Assembly: GCA_965237955.1 (NCBI GenBank)
Contig: OZ250169.1
Span: forward strand, 6,304,001 to 6,368,000
Length of the DNA stretch: 64,000 nucleotides
Direction: 5' to 3'
Origin: Candidatus Marinacidobacterales bacterium
GTDB lineage: Bacteria > Acidobacteriota > Vicinamibacteria > Marinacidobacterales > SMYC01
Shown here in pieces: positions 21,922 to 32,322 of this stretch. Made by a program: the position numbers and the translations under genes. The notes beneath the pieces are model-generated. The model did not search any database. It saw nothing but the letters and a program-made list of their open reading frames with translations, and had not been told where the DNA came from. How positions within the stretch are numbered: the first letter of the stretch is position 1; each line of letters opens with the position of its first letter.

Positions 21922-22704
21922 ATGAGATGGCTTGCACCTTTCCTCATCGGTGTCTTGTTCGCGAGCCCCGGGTTCGCCACCTGGTCCATCGTCGCAGTCG
22001 ATCGAAGCACTGGACAGCTCGTGATCGCTTCGGCCACGTGCGTTTCTCAGGCACGGTTCGCAACCTTTCCGGCCGAAGGCCTCATGGACATCCAGGCCGT
22101 CGTCGTTCCCGGAAAAGGCATTGCCGCCGTGCAAGCTCGAGTCGACCGAACCCGGGCCAACCAGACCCTCATTTCCGAAGAGCTTCGACAAGGCACGGCT
22201 CCGATCGAAATCTTGTCGAAGCTTCGCGAAGACCCGGACATCGAAAGACGTCAGTTCGGCATCGTGGACGTGGAGGGCCGCAGTGCCGGCCATTCGGGCA
22301 CGGAGAACGGAGAAGCTTCGCTCGACGTACAAGGTCGAGTCTCAGGCACAGACATCGTGTACTCCATCCAGGGCAACACTCTCGCGAGTGACGACGTGAT
22401 CCACGACGCCGTCACCATGTTCGAGAAAACGGAGGGAAAGCTCGCTGATCGGGTCATGGCGGCCATGGAGGCTGCCGACGCTGCCGCTGGCGATCGACGG
22501 TGCAGGTGCGAGACCGAACCTCTCTCCGAAGCTCCCTGCGACGGGAAGTCGGCGCACGTCGCCTATATTCTCGAATCCGACGCAACGACTCCCGAGAGCG
22601 AACCTACGCTCTACATCGACGTGACCGACGAGAACATCGAGCCCCACGAGAACCCGAATCCGATCAAGACTCTCCGTACGCGTTACGACGCGCGCGAGCC
22701 CTAA
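21922..22704 (+). CDS. DUF1028 (Ntn-hydrolase-like) exported protein
   Basis: Signal peptide, then TWSIVAVD..RQFGIVD..QGNTL..GDRRC. Confidence 0.8.
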   Translation: MRWLAPFLIGVLFASPGFATWSIVAVDRSTGQLVIASATCVSQARFATFPAEGLMDIQAVVVPGKGIAAVQARVDRTRANQTLISEELRQGTAPIEILSKLREDPDIERRQFGIVDVEGRSAGHSGTENGEASLDVQGRVSGTDIVYSIQGNTLASDDVIHDAVTMFEKTEGKLADRVMAAMEAADAAAGDRRCRCETEPLSEAPCDGKSAHVAYILESDATTPESEPTLYIDVTDENIEPHENPNPIKTLRTRYDAREP

Positions 22705-22740
22705 TGCATTGTTAGAAGACGCCTTGAACCCTGTGACACG

Positions 22741-23712
22741 ATGATCGAAGACTCCCTCGCTCCGAGCTTGGACGACGTCGTGAGCGCGGCCGAACGCATC
22801 CGCGGGCTCGTCCACCGGACGCCGCTTCTCTCGTCCCGTGCCCTGAGCGAGCGCTCCGGTCTCGAGGTATGGCTGAAGGCCGAGAATCTCCAGAAAACCG
22901 GGAGCTTCAAACCGCGCGGCGTATTCAACAAAGTGCTCCAGCTGCCGCCGGAAGCGCGCGCAGCCGGAATCGTGACCGCGTCGGCCGGCAACAACGGCCA
23001 GGCGGTCGCCTACGTGGCCGCTCACCAGCGAATCCCAGGCTACGTCGTCATGCCCGAGGGAGCGAACCGAAGCAAAGTTGCCGCGGTTCGCGAGTACGGC
23101 GGCGAAGCGATCCTCCATGGAGAGATTTGGGACGACGCTTTCGCGCACTCACTCACGATCGCGGACGAAAAAGGGCTCACCTACGTTCATCCGTTCAAAG
23201 ACCGGATGATCATGGCGGGACAAGGCACGATCGCCCTCGAGATCGTCAAAGAGCTACCGGACGTGGAAGCCGTACTCGTTCCCATCGGCGGTGGCGGTCT
23301 CATCGGCGGCATTGCGACCGCGATGAAGCTCAAAAACCCTGAGGTCCGCATTATCGGGGTCGAGCCCGAGTCGGCCGCCAATTTCAAAACGAGTCACGAC
23401 TCCGGCGAGCCCGTCGAGCTCGACACGGTCACAACGCGCGCCGACGGCCTCGCCACCAAGAAAACCGATCCCGACGTCTTCGAGACCATCGAGGCGAGCG
23501 TCGACGACTACGTGACCGTGAGCGATGACGCCATGATCCACGCCATCAGTTTCTTGCTCGAGCGCACCAAGCTCTTGGCTGAAATCTCGGGCGCCGCCAC
23601 GACCGCCGCGCTTCTTTCTGGCGCAGTGGACCTACCGCCGAAAACGAAAATCGTCGCCATCGTCTCCGGTGGCAACTTCGACGTGTCTGGAAAGCTAGAG
23701 CTTCACGTCTGA
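22741..23712 (+). CDS. Threonine/serine ammonia-lyase (PLP fold II, no regulatory domain)
   Basis: LKAENLQKTGSFKPRG, ASAGN, GQGTIALE, PIGGGGL, SGGN. Confidence 0.88.
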   Translation: MIEDSLAPSLDDVVSAAERIRGLVHRTPLLSSRALSERSGLEVWLKAENLQKTGSFKPRGVFNKVLQLPPEARAAGIVTASAGNNGQAVAYVAAHQRIPGYVVMPEGANRSKVAAVREYGGEAILHGEIWDDAFAHSLTIADEKGLTYVHPFKDRMIMAGQGTIALEIVKELPDVEAVLVPIGGGGLIGGIATAMKLKNPEVRIIGVEPESAANFKTSHDSGEPVELDTVTTRADGLATKKTDPDVFETIEASVDDYVTVSDDAMIHAISFLLERTKLLAEISGAATTAALLSGAVDLPPKTKIVAIVSGGNFDVSGKLELHV

Positions 23713-23763
23713 CCAGGAGATGGCTACCGAAGCACAGCGAAGCAGAGCCGCAATCCAAATCTT

Positions 23764-23848
23764 TCAACGCAAGGACGCCAAGACGCAAAAGAACGTCAGC
23801 ACCCGAATGCAGGTCTTTGCGCCTTGCGACTCTGCGCCTTTGCGTTGA
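23764..23848. repeat. REP-like palindrome / probable bidirectional terminator between convergent genes
   Basis: TCAACGCAAGGACGCCAAGACGCAAA ... CTTTGCGCCTTGCGACTCTGCGCCTTTGCGTTGA followed by a T-run. Confidence 0.72.
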
Positions 23849-23880
23849 GTTTTTTATCGTCCCGGTCGCCTCGAGGATCC

Positions 23881-25008
23881 TTACCAGCCGCGGACGGGCC
23901 GCCACTCCTCGACGACTTCATTGCCGCGGGTCACGTGGTAGCGATCGAAGAGTGCCGCGGACAAACACGAATGGTTGGGCAGGATGCGCAGCTTGGAGCC
24001 AACCGGAAACCTCTCGACGTCGGTTGGCCCGCGACCTTGGATCTTCCCGTGCTCTTGAGAAAGTGACGCGACCCGCAAACCGTCGAGTACCCGTCCGTCG
24101 TCGGGCGAGACGATCGCGCCGAAACCGCAATCGGGATCGATGTGCGTTGGTCCCTCGTCCTTGGAGAATGCGAGGGCGCCGCCATCGATAAGAAGCTCGT
24201 TCCGCTCGGGGTAGTGCCCGATGACGCTGACGAGCACCGAGAATGCCACGTCGTCGAACGAGCAACTCCCGATGGCCGCTTGAAACCGATCGTAGAACGC
24301 GTAGTTCCCGGGCCGAGCCTCGGTGATACCTTGGAGCGAATCGGCCACGGACATCGTCGGCGTGGAGCCGATACTCACCTCTGCCGGACGCGCGCCGGCA
24401 CTATCGAGTTTTTGCGCGAAGCGCACCATCACGGTTTTTTCCGCCTCACCGACGGCGCGAACTTCGGTCGGCGTCTTCCCGAGGTAGGAATGCCCCGCGT
24501 GCGTGAGGAGTCCTCGAGCCACGACGTGGGTTGAGTCGTGCAAACGAAGCGCGAGCCTAATTGCATCGTCGCTTTCGGGATCCACTCCGGCACGGTGGTA
24601 GCCGCAGTCGACCTTGAGATACGCGGAAAACGTCACCCCTTTCGCTCGGGCCAAAGCCTCCATCGCCTCGAGCGTCGCTTCGTGGTCGATGAGCAGGTTC
24701 AGTTCATCGAGCGCGGACGCCACCTCGACGGCTTCTTCGAGACGCGCCGGTGCGATCGGTACCGCGTAGGTGATATTGCGGAAACCAGCACGGCCGAAAT
24801 AGCGTGCCTCCGCCAGCGTCGAGACGGTGATGCCGCCGAAATGGCCGCGTACCTGAAAGCGCGCAGCCTCGATACATTTGTGGGTTTTGACGTGGGGACG
24901 AAGCTTGACGCCCGCATGACGCATGCGCTCTGACATCCGCGCGGTATTCGCCTCGAGCTTGTCGAGATCGACGAGGGCGACCGGCGTCTTCAGCTCCCCC
25001 CAAAGCAT
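23881..25008 (-). CDS. D-serine dehydratase / D-threonine aldolase family (PLP fold III)
   Basis: TPVALVD, LRPHVKTHK, KVDCGYHRAG, GSTP, EARPGNY, SQEHG, PNHSC. Confidence 0.88.
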   Translation of the reverse strand: MLWGELKTPVALVDLDKLEANTARMSERMRHAGVKLRPHVKTHKCIEAARFQVRGHFGGITVSTLAEARYFGRAGFRNITYAVPIAPARLEEAVEVASALDELNLLIDHEATLEAMEALARAKGVTFSAYLKVDCGYHRAGVDPESDDAIRLALRLHDSTHVVARGLLTHAGHSYLGKTPTEVRAVGEAEKTVMVRFAQKLDSAGARPAEVSIGSTPTMSVADSLQGITEARPGNYAFYDRFQAAIGSCSFDDVAFSVLVSVIGHYPERNELLIDGGALAFSKDEGPTHIDPDCGFGAIVSPDDGRVLDGLRVASLSQEHGKIQGRGPTDVERFPVGSKLRILPNHSCLSAALFDRYHVTRGNEVVEEWRPVRGW

Positions 25009-25078
25009 GCCTCTCAGCATAACAAAAGTTCGGCGCTCCGTTTGATCAGACTGCCCCTTTCAAGTTAGAAATCCACTG

Positions 25079-26367
25079 ATGCAGACGCAGACGCAGACGC
25101 CGACGAACCGTGACGAGCTCGAACGACACCAACTGACCCGTTTGAACGATCCCGAGAGCGGGCTGTCCCTGCTGCGTGCGCAAAACGCCTTCTACCGTAC
25201 GAAGCTCGACGGGATCGCGCTCCCGCTCGCCTCCCTCGAGGCGTTCACCGAGCTTCCATTCACGCTGAAGTCCGAGCTCGTCGACGATCAGCAACAAAAT
25301 CCGCCGTACGGCACCAACCTCACCTACGAGCCCGGTGCGTACAACGGCATCCACGCGACGTCGGGGACGACGGGCCGGCGTCTCAAATGCCTCGATACCC
25401 GCGAGAGCTGGGCCTGGTTCACTTACTGCTGGCAGGAAATCTACCGCGCCATCGGCGTCGGCTCGGACGATCGGGTGTTCGCCGCGTTCGGCTTCGGACC
25501 GTTCGTGGGCTTTTGGGCAGGTTTCGAGGCCGCGCAGCAGATCGGTGCGCTTGCGATCCCCGCGGGAGCGCAGAGCTCTGACAGCGTTTGGATTGGCTTC
25601 TCGAAAGCGACGCAACAGTTTTGCTGTCGACACCGACGTACTCGTTGCGGCTCATCGAGGTCGCGCGCGCGAAGGGCATCGATCTCGCATCGTCTGCGAT
25701 CAAGAACACCATTCATGCGGGAGAGCCTGGTGCGAACATACCGACGATCCGCGGGCGGATCGAGACCGCGTGGGGCGCGAAGTGTTGGGACCATGCCGGT
25801 ATGAGCGAAGTCGGTCCTTGGGGATACCAGTGTCCCGAGGACGAAGGTCTGCACCTCATCGAAACCGAGTTCTACGCCGAAGTGTTAGAGGTCGGCGGTG
25901 ACACCCCCGTCGCCGAGGGTGCGACCGGCGAGCTCGTTATGAGCAAACTCGACCGCTGGGCTCAGCCGGCGCTTCGCTACCGAACCGGAGACATCGTGCG
26001 CTTGAAGTCGACGCCGTGCGCCTGCGGCAGCCCGTTCATTCGATTTCCAGGAGGAGTTCTCGGGCGCGTCGACGATATGATCCAAGTGCGGGGTGTCAAC
26101 GTCTACCCGAGCGCGGTCGAGGCGATCATCCGAGAAGAGCCGAACGTCGTCGAGTTTCAGGTCGATATCCGCAAGGAACGAGAAATGTGGGAGATGCGGA
26201 TCGAGATCGAATTGGATCCGGCGGCGAGCGACGATACCGTCCGCGCTGGCCTCGCCGAAGCTCTGGGAAACCGCCTCGGCATTCGCAGCGACGTCGACGT
26301 GGTCGCCGCGGCGAGCCTTCCCCGTTACGAGCTGAAAGCACGGCGCTTTCGCATCCATCGCTCGTAA
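25079..26367 (+). CDS. Phenylacetate-CoA ligase family protein (1-nt frameshift near 25580)
   Basis: LPFTLK, ATSGTTG, TPTY, AGEPG, GMSEVG, RYRTGD, GRVDDM, RGVNVYP. Confidence 0.85.
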
Positions 26368-26581
26368 CCGTTTCAAAGCAATACATCAATGAACTGCACG
26401 ACGCAGTGAAAACCCCACACCACGGGTTTCACAGCGTGGGACTCTCCCAACGTTATTCCCAAAAACGGACACTTTCCCAAGCGGGTTTTTGCCCTTGGGC
26501 GCAGCAAAACGTGATCGTAATCACCTGAACAATCGGCAGTTGTGGCCGGCCGTCAACATTGCCGGCAACTCGAGCGGCTAT

Positions 26582-26598
26582 CTGGAACGCATCTTGTA
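26582..26598 (+). promoter_or_regulatory. Putative sigma-54 promoter
   Basis: CTGGAACGCATCTTGTA approximates TGGCAC-N5-TTGC, about 36 nt upstream of ATG 26635. Confidence 0.45.
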
Positions 26599-26634
26599 GG
26601 TAGGTATCAAACGCCGGGAAGGAGAAAGGTGCTG

Positions 26635-27205
26635 ATGCCTGTGTTAGAATCCCACATTTACGACATCTTCAAACAGTACTCGCGCCTGTACGAGCTGCGC
26701 AACAACGGGGAGGGACAACTCAGCCCTGGAGCTCCAGAAAGAGTGGGTCGAGGTGACGTTCACACTCGACAGCATTTTCTCGGGACTCTATCGGCCTGAC
26801 AACAGAACCCCCGACGCAGCGGCTACCCCCACAAGCTTGAGGAACAACGTGCCGGTCGAGTTCCTGCGCGTTCCCGCCGAAGCCGACGTCTTGTGCGAGA
26901 CGAAGGACAATTTCTTCTCGGGTAAGCTCCAGGACATCAGTGTGGGCGGCGCCTATATCCACTCGCCCATCCCCTTCCGGGTAGACAGCACCGTTCGCCT
27001 CACATTTTGCACCTTCCGCGATCGCCAGCCGCTCGAGGTCGACGCTCGCATCGCGTGGAGCAATCCCGGCGGCATCCGCAAGCACACGTTTCCCGAAGGC
27101 GCGGGTGTCGAGTTCACGAACTGTGACAACCCGAGGCGGGACCAGCTGCAGGACTACGTCTACGAGCTCGTCGAAGACACGTTGTCCCGTGCCCACCTTA
27201 TTTAA
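26635..27205 (+). CDS. PilZ-domain protein (frameshift near 26725 joins the 26635 ORF to the 26753 ORF)
   Basis: SD + ATG at 26635; PilZ DISVGG motif, ARIAW and GAGVEF; the RxxxR c-di-GMP motif is degenerate (EFLRVP). Confidence 0.7.
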
Positions 27206-27238
27206 AGACTGATCACAGGCGCTGCGACAATACCGGCC

Positions 27239-27721
27239 ATGATGTCCGGTCTTGTCGCCCTCGTCTTCGTTCTGATGCTCGCGGGCGTTGCCGGCTCGCT
27301 TCTTCCCGTCATACCAGGTACGCCGCTCATCCTTTTGGGCGCGCTCATCTACGCCGTCGCTACCGATTTCCAGCCCGTCGATGGATGGCGACTCCTCTTG
27401 CTCGTCGGCCTCGCCGTCGTCGCCTACACGCTGGACTATTTGTCCGGAGCTCTCGGGACCCGAAAGCTCGGCGGTAGCCGATGGGCGATGTTCGGCGCTG
27501 TCGGTGGCGGACTCGTTGGACTGTTCTTCGGACCGTTGGGAATTCTCATCGGCCCGATCCTCGGAGCCGTCGCCGTCGAGTTGATTTATCGAAAAGACTT
27601 GAACGTGGCTCTCAAGAGTGGCGTGGGTGCCGTGATTGGCGTGTTCCTCGGCGTCGTCGCCAAGCTCTCGGTCGCGGTGATCATGGTCGGCTTGTTTTCG
27701 CTGTGGGTGTTCCGGGGATGA
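27239..27721 (+). CDS. DUF456 family membrane protein
   Basis: GSLLPVIPGTPLI..GGSRWA..GPLGILIGPILGA..E. Confidence 0.85.
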   Translation: MMSGLVALVFVLMLAGVAGSLLPVIPGTPLILLGALIYAVATDFQPVDGWRLLLLVGLAVVAYTLDYLSGALGTRKLGGSRWAMFGAVGGGLVGLFFGPLGILIGPILGAVAVELIYRKDLNVALKSGVGAVIGVFLGVVAKLSVAVIMVGLFSLWVFRG

Positions 27722-28167
27722 GCTCTGCGTCTTATCGCGACTGGATGACGGCCGCGCTCGAGCAGGCCGAGAAGTCGTGGCGCGAGGGCGGCATCCCCAT
27801 TGGCTCGGTCCTGGTGTCACCCGCCGGCGAGATCGTCGCTCGGGGGCACAACGAGCGCGTACAGTCAGGCGACCCCACCGCACACGCGGAAATGGTCGCG
27901 GTGCGCCGCGCCGGCCGGCGTCGGGACTGGAGCGAGCTGACGCTGGTATCGACATTGAGCCCCTGTCCGATGTGCTCGGGCACCGCCATCCTCCACAAAA
28001 TCCCCGTGGTCGTCATCGGAGAGAATCGGACTTTTCAAGGAGCCGAGGATTGGATGCGACAACAGGGCATAGAGCTCCATGTTCTCGACGACGAGCGCGC
28101 CATCGCTCTGATGGAACGTCTCCAGAAAGAAAGACCTGAGCTTTGGGCCGAGGATATCGGGGAGTAA
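27718..28167 (+). CDS. Zn-dependent cytosine/nucleoside deaminase (FCY1-like)
   Basis: EGGIPIGSVL, HAE, LSPCPMC, GENRTF, WAEDIGE. Confidence 0.9.
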   Translation: MSSASYRDWMTAALEQAEKSWREGGIPIGSVLVSPAGEIVARGHNERVQSGDPTAHAEMVAVRRAGRRRDWSELTLVSTLSPCPMCSGTAILHKIPVVVIGENRTFQGAEDWMRQQGIELHVLDDERAIALMERLQKERPELWAEDIGE

Positions 28168-28194
28168 TGTAGACTGCGGCCGGAGGTTTTTTTT

Positions 28195-28884
28195 GTGGCA
28201 ACGACGGCGCATATCACTCCCGCGCTTTTTCGCTTTTTTCGCGAGTTGAAGCGGAACAACGACCGCGACTGGTTCCAGAAGAACAAGACGCGCTACCAAG
28301 ACGTGGTGCGGGATCCTCTCTTAGAGCTCGTGTCCGACTTTGCGCCTCGTCTGCACAAGATCAGCTCGCACCTCGTCGCCGACCCGAGACCGAACGGCGG
28401 ATCGCTCTTTCGCATCTATCGCGACGTTCGCTTCTCGAAAGACAAGACACCCTACAAAACCACCGCCGGCGTGCGCTTCCCGCACGAAGAATGCAAAAAC
28501 GTCCACGCACCCGGCTACTACCTGCATCTCGAGCCTGGTTCGGTATTCGCCGGGGCGGGCATTTGGCATCCGGAGCCGACGACGCTCAGGAAAGTCAGGG
28601 ACAAAATCGTCGCCGATCCCAAAGGCTACCAACGTTCCGTCTCGGGGAAAGCGTTCAACGCTCAATGTGAGCTCGGCGGCGAATCCTTGAAGCGACCACC
28701 AAGGGGCTACGACCCCGATCACCCGCTCATCGACGAGCTCAAGCGCAAAGACTTCATCGCCTACGTTCCCTTCACGGAGAAACAGGCTTGCAGCAACGAC
28801 TTCCCCAAACGGCTCGCCGCGGCGTTTAGGCTAATGGCTCCGTTCACCGCGTACTTGACGCGTGCCGTGGGGGCGCCCTGGTAA
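28195..28884 (+). CDS. DUF2461 family protein
   Basis: NNDRDWF, FRIYRDVRFSKDKTPYK, YYLHLEP, LKRPPRGY. Confidence 0.9.
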   Translation: MATTAHITPALFRFFRELKRNNDRDWFQKNKTRYQDVVRDPLLELVSDFAPRLHKISSHLVADPRPNGGSLFRIYRDVRFSKDKTPYKTTAGVRFPHEECKNVHAPGYYLHLEPGSVFAGAGIWHPEPTTLRKVRDKIVADPKGYQRSVSGKAFNAQCELGGESLKRPPRGYDPDHPLIDELKRKDFIAYVPFTEKQACSNDFPKRLAAAFRLMAPFTAYLTRAVGAPW

Positions 28885-29130
28885 CGACGACTCTAGGCTT
28901 GCGGGAGCGGCCGGCGCACGATCAAGTGCTCTTCCACAATCTGACTGCGGCGAAGGGCTTTTCAAATTAGACACGGGGTGAAGGGTCGCGCGATAAGGCG
29001 CGGGTTTCCAATCTCGACGCTGCAAGCGCAGAATCGCGCTTGCTTTTCCTTGTTCGATCCGATTAGCATCAAAAGCTTGGGAAGTGGTGTGCCACAGTTG
29101 GAGTTGTGATCTTTTAGAAGAGAGTGCTGT

Positions 29131-30654
29131 ATGCCTATCGTCCTCGACGGTTCGTCATTGACGGTTGAAAAACTGGATCAAATCGCTAGACGAGGTGAAC
29201 CAGTTGAGCTCCATCCCGACGCCCTTGCGCGAATCAAGGTGTGTCGAGCCATGCTAGAAAAAAAAATTGCTGCGCGAGAGACCATGTATGGTGTCAACAC
29301 GGGCATCGGAGAGTTCTCTGAAGTCGTTCTCGATGACGAACAAGTACAGCAGTTCCAGAAATACCTGATTTACAACCATGCCGCGGGGATTGGTGAGCCC
29401 GCAGCGATCGATGCGGTTCGGGGCGCCATGGCGAGTCGCATCAATGTTCTCGCCAAAGGGAACTCAGGGTGTCGGCCGGAGATCACCGAGACCCTCGTGA
29501 CGCTACTCAACAAAGGCGTGACACCTGTCGTCTGCCAAAAAGGCTCGGTCGGTGCCAGTGGTGATTTGGCCCCCATGGCTCAAATCGCTTTGTTGATGAT
29601 GGGTGAAGGCGAGGCCTTTTATGAGGACAAGCGCCTGCCGGCAAGAGAGGCTATGGAAAAGGCCGTGGTACCCATACCCGGACTCCAAGCTCGCGATGGT
29701 CTAGCGACAATCAATGGTTCCAATTTCATGACATCGATGAGCGCGCTACAACTCTACGACATTGACCGCTGGCTCAAGCAGGCAGAAATTGCCTGTGCGA
29801 TGTCATTGGAAGCACTCTTTGCAAACCTGAAGCCCTACGACGTGCGCTTGCACGAAAAACGCGGCTTTGCCGGTGCCGTTCGCTCTGCAAAGAGCATCAT
29901 GAAGTGTGTGGAGGGTGGCGATCTCGTGACGGGAAAAATCAAGACCCGAGTGCAAGATGCCTACTCCATGAGGTCCTCCCCGCAAGTGATCGGTGCCGTT
30001 CACGATGCCGTCGCCTATGCAAAAAAGCAGGTCGAGATCGAACTAAACGGTGTCGGAGACAATCCTATTTTTCTTCCCGAGGACCAACTGATACTGACGG
30101 GCGCGAATTTTCAAGGCACTCCGGTTTGCTTGCCGATGGACATGGTGGGGGCCGCCGTCACGATGGTATCCGTCCTTTCGGAGCGTCGTTTGAACCGTCT
30201 CACCAATCCCGCATTGAGTCAGGGGCTTCCTGCCTTTTTGACCAAGGGTGCAGGTATGTTCTCCGGCTTGATGCTCAGTCAGTACACGGCGGATTCCCTC
30301 ATCGTTGAACAGAGAATCCTGTCGGCCCCGGCAAGCACGATGTCCATTCCCGCCGCCGCCGATCAGGAAGACTTTGTTTCTATGGGAATGAATACGGCGA
30401 TCAAGAACCTGCAAATCCTGGACAACGCCTATGGAGTGCTCGGCATCGAGCTCATGGCGGCGGCTCAGGCGTTGGATTTTCGGGACTTTCGGCCAGGTCG
30501 TGGAGTCTCCACTGCGCATAGCGTCGTACGCTTGCATGTGGAGCATTTGGACGAGGACCGACCACTGTACGGTGATCACGACCGAATGAAAGCTCTTGTG
30601 GCTAGCGGCGAGATCTTGGAAGAAGTCGAAAAAGAAGTAGGCAACCTTGGGTAG
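29131..30654 (+). CDS. hutH: MIO-dependent aromatic amino-acid ammonia-lyase, histidase-like
   Basis: YGVNTGIG, MIO motif GSVGASGDL, QDAYSMR, DNP, ANF, HAL-type QED. Confidence 0.8.
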   Translation: MPIVLDGSSLTVEKLDQIARRGEPVELHPDALARIKVCRAMLEKKIAARETMYGVNTGIGEFSEVVLDDEQVQQFQKYLIYNHAAGIGEPAAIDAVRGAMASRINVLAKGNSGCRPEITETLVTLLNKGVTPVVCQKGSVGASGDLAPMAQIALLMMGEGEAFYEDKRLPAREAMEKAVVPIPGLQARDGLATINGSNFMTSMSALQLYDIDRWLKQAEIACAMSLEALFANLKPYDVRLHEKRGFAGAVRSAKSIMKCVEGGDLVTGKIKTRVQDAYSMRSSPQVIGAVHDAVAYAKKQVEIELNGVGDNPIFLPEDQLILTGANFQGTPVCLPMDMVGAAVTMVSVLSERRLNRLTNPALSQGLPAFLTKGAGMFSGLMLSQYTADSLIVEQRILSAPASTMSIPAAADQEDFVSMGMNTAIKNLQILDNAYGVLGIELMAAAQALDFRDFRPGRGVSTAHSVVRLHVEHLDEDRPLYGDHDRMKALVASGEILEEVEKEVGNLG

Positions 30655-30763
30655 GTCTTCCGACTAACTTCCCCGTAATCGAACGTCTTTCCTGAGCAGC
30701 CAATCAGTCAATCTCAATCAATTTCTCCGTTTCCCCTTTTGATGCCGTCTGGGGTTTGCTTTA

Positions 30764-31132
30764 TTACAATGTGTTAAGCACTATCAACCTCTCCTCGACG
30801 ATCTCACCTTCGATGAGATGTTTTTGAAGAATCTCTTCGAGCACGTCGGGCGTGCACCCGCCGTACCATGCCCCTTCGGGGTACACGACCGCGATCGGGC
30901 CGCCTTCGCAAATGCGCAGGCAGTTCGCTTTCGTGCGCGCTACGCCACCCGATTCGGATAGCTCGAGCTCCTTGAGCCGTTTCTTGAGATAGGCCCACGA
31001 CTCGAGCGACAGTTCTTTGTCGCAACACTTCGGCTCTGTTTGATCGCAGCAAAGAAAGATGTGTCGGCGCGTCGAGGGAATGCCCACGGCACTCGCTGCA
31101 AGCTGTAGTCTCAGCTGGAGATCGTCGTTCAT
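30764..31132 (-). CDS. Thioredoxin-like [2Fe-2S] ferredoxin
   Basis: [32 protein letters not shown]. Confidence 0.88.
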   Translation of the reverse strand: MNDDLQLRLQLAASAVGIPSTRRHIFLCCDQTEPKCCDKELSLESWAYLKKRLKELELSESGGVARTKANCLRICEGGPIAVVYPEGAWYGGCTPDVLEEILQKHLIEGEIVEERLIVLNTL

Positions 31133-31821
31133 CGCGCGAGCTCGAAGATAAATGACAAGCCAATGAGAACGGCGGCAACGCCGATGATGCCTTGAAGGCC
31201 GTTGTGAAACGACTTCGACGTAATCAGTCGCGCTGAATAACGGAGCGGCATCGAAATCGCGACCGATAGGAGCGCCATGCCGAGTATCGATCCGGCACCG
31301 AACACGCCGATGTAGAGAATGCCCATCGCGACGGATGGCGCCTTCGCGATTGCCAAGAGAACGAGCGCCGCCGATCCCGCTATGCCGTGCATCAGGCCGA
31401 CGACCAGGGCGCGTCCTGGAAACCCATGGCCATGCTCATGACAGTGTCCGTTTTCCTCGGCATGAGAGTGTGCATGAAAATGCGTCGTCCCGTCGTCGTG
31501 CGCGTGCACGTGGAAATGCACTCGGTCGCGTAGAAGTCGCCGCAGGACATCGGCGCCAAGTCCGACCAGCATGACGCCAACGGCGAGCTCGAGCCCCCAT
31601 GCGATGCGCTCGGGTACGACCGTATCCGCCAGGAGAACGATCGTGCCAACGATGAAGAGCGTAAGTGTGTGGCCCAAGCCCCAGACGGCACCTATTCGAA
31701 GAGCTTGGACCCAGGACGTCGGGCGCGTCGACAGGCTGGTGAGTGCCGCGACGTGATCCGCCTCCAGGGCGTGACGCATGCCGAGTAGAAAGCCGATCGT
31801 GGCGAGGCCGACCCAGCTCAT
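31129..31821 (-). CDS. UreH/HupN-like nickel/cobalt transporter
   Basis: [15 protein letters not shown], His-rich loop [24 protein letters not shown]. Confidence 0.85.
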   Translation of the reverse strand: MSWVGLATIGFLLGMRHALEADHVAALTSLSTRPTSWVQALRIGAVWGLGHTLTLFIVGTIVLLADTVVPERIAWGLELAVGVMLVGLGADVLRRLLRDRVHFHVHAHDDGTTHFHAHSHAEENGHCHEHGHGFPGRALVVGLMHGIAGSAALVLLAIAKAPSVAMGILYIGVFGAGSILGMALLSVAISMPLRYSARLITSKSFHNGLQGIIGVAAVLIGLSFIFELAR

Positions 31822-31842
31822 GAAGACCAGAGCATACTGCAA

Positions 31843-31967
31843 TCAACCGACGCGCGCTTTTGCCGGTGCCGCAGCGCTTTTTCGGATGCGATGCGCGAGC
31901 TTCGACATCGTCACCGCGTTTCCGAGGGCATGTGGTAGCCGTAGCCACTCGTTCCCACGTGAATCAT
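31843..31967 (-). pseudogene. DUF72 remnant: N- and C-termini joined by a large internal deletion
   Basis: ATG ATT CAC GTG GGA ACG AGT GGC TAC (MIHVGTSGYGY) is joined out of frame to HALGNAVTMSKL..stop. Confidence 0.55.
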
Positions 31968-32024
31968 CGTTCAGGCACACGCATCCTGTTCAAACTGACA
32001 GTTTCGACGAGCTCGGTCGCAATC

Positions 32025-32291
32025 TCAGCGAGCCCGGCCTGTTAAAATCGCCCGGCTGTCTTCGGCTATCTGGTCCTGGAGCGCTTCGGCGTCGCCGAGA
32101 TCCGATTCGAGTCGCGCGAGGCGGTCGACGAGGCGATGGCGAGCCGAGACGGCCGCATCGCTGTAGTGGATCTCCACCGCGTGGCGAATGAGATCGCTCA
32201 CCGATCGTTCGTGCAACAAAGAGAGTCGCTCGAACTCACGATAGAGCTCGAGCGGTATCGGTATACTTTTGAGGGCGCCTCGACGTTCCAT
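32025..32291 (-). CDS. Small hypothetical protein, ribbon-helix-helix/CopG-like
   Basis: 88 aa; SIPIPLELYREFERLSLLHERSVSDLIRHAVE fits a beta-helix-helix pattern. Confidence 0.5.
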   Translation of the reverse strand: MERRGALKSIPIPLELYREFERLSLLHERSVSDLIRHAVEIHYSDAAVSARHRLVDRLARLESDLGDAEALQDQIAEDSRAILTGRAR

Positions 32292-32322
32292 AGAACACTT
32301 ACCCAACTTACTTACGTCAGGC

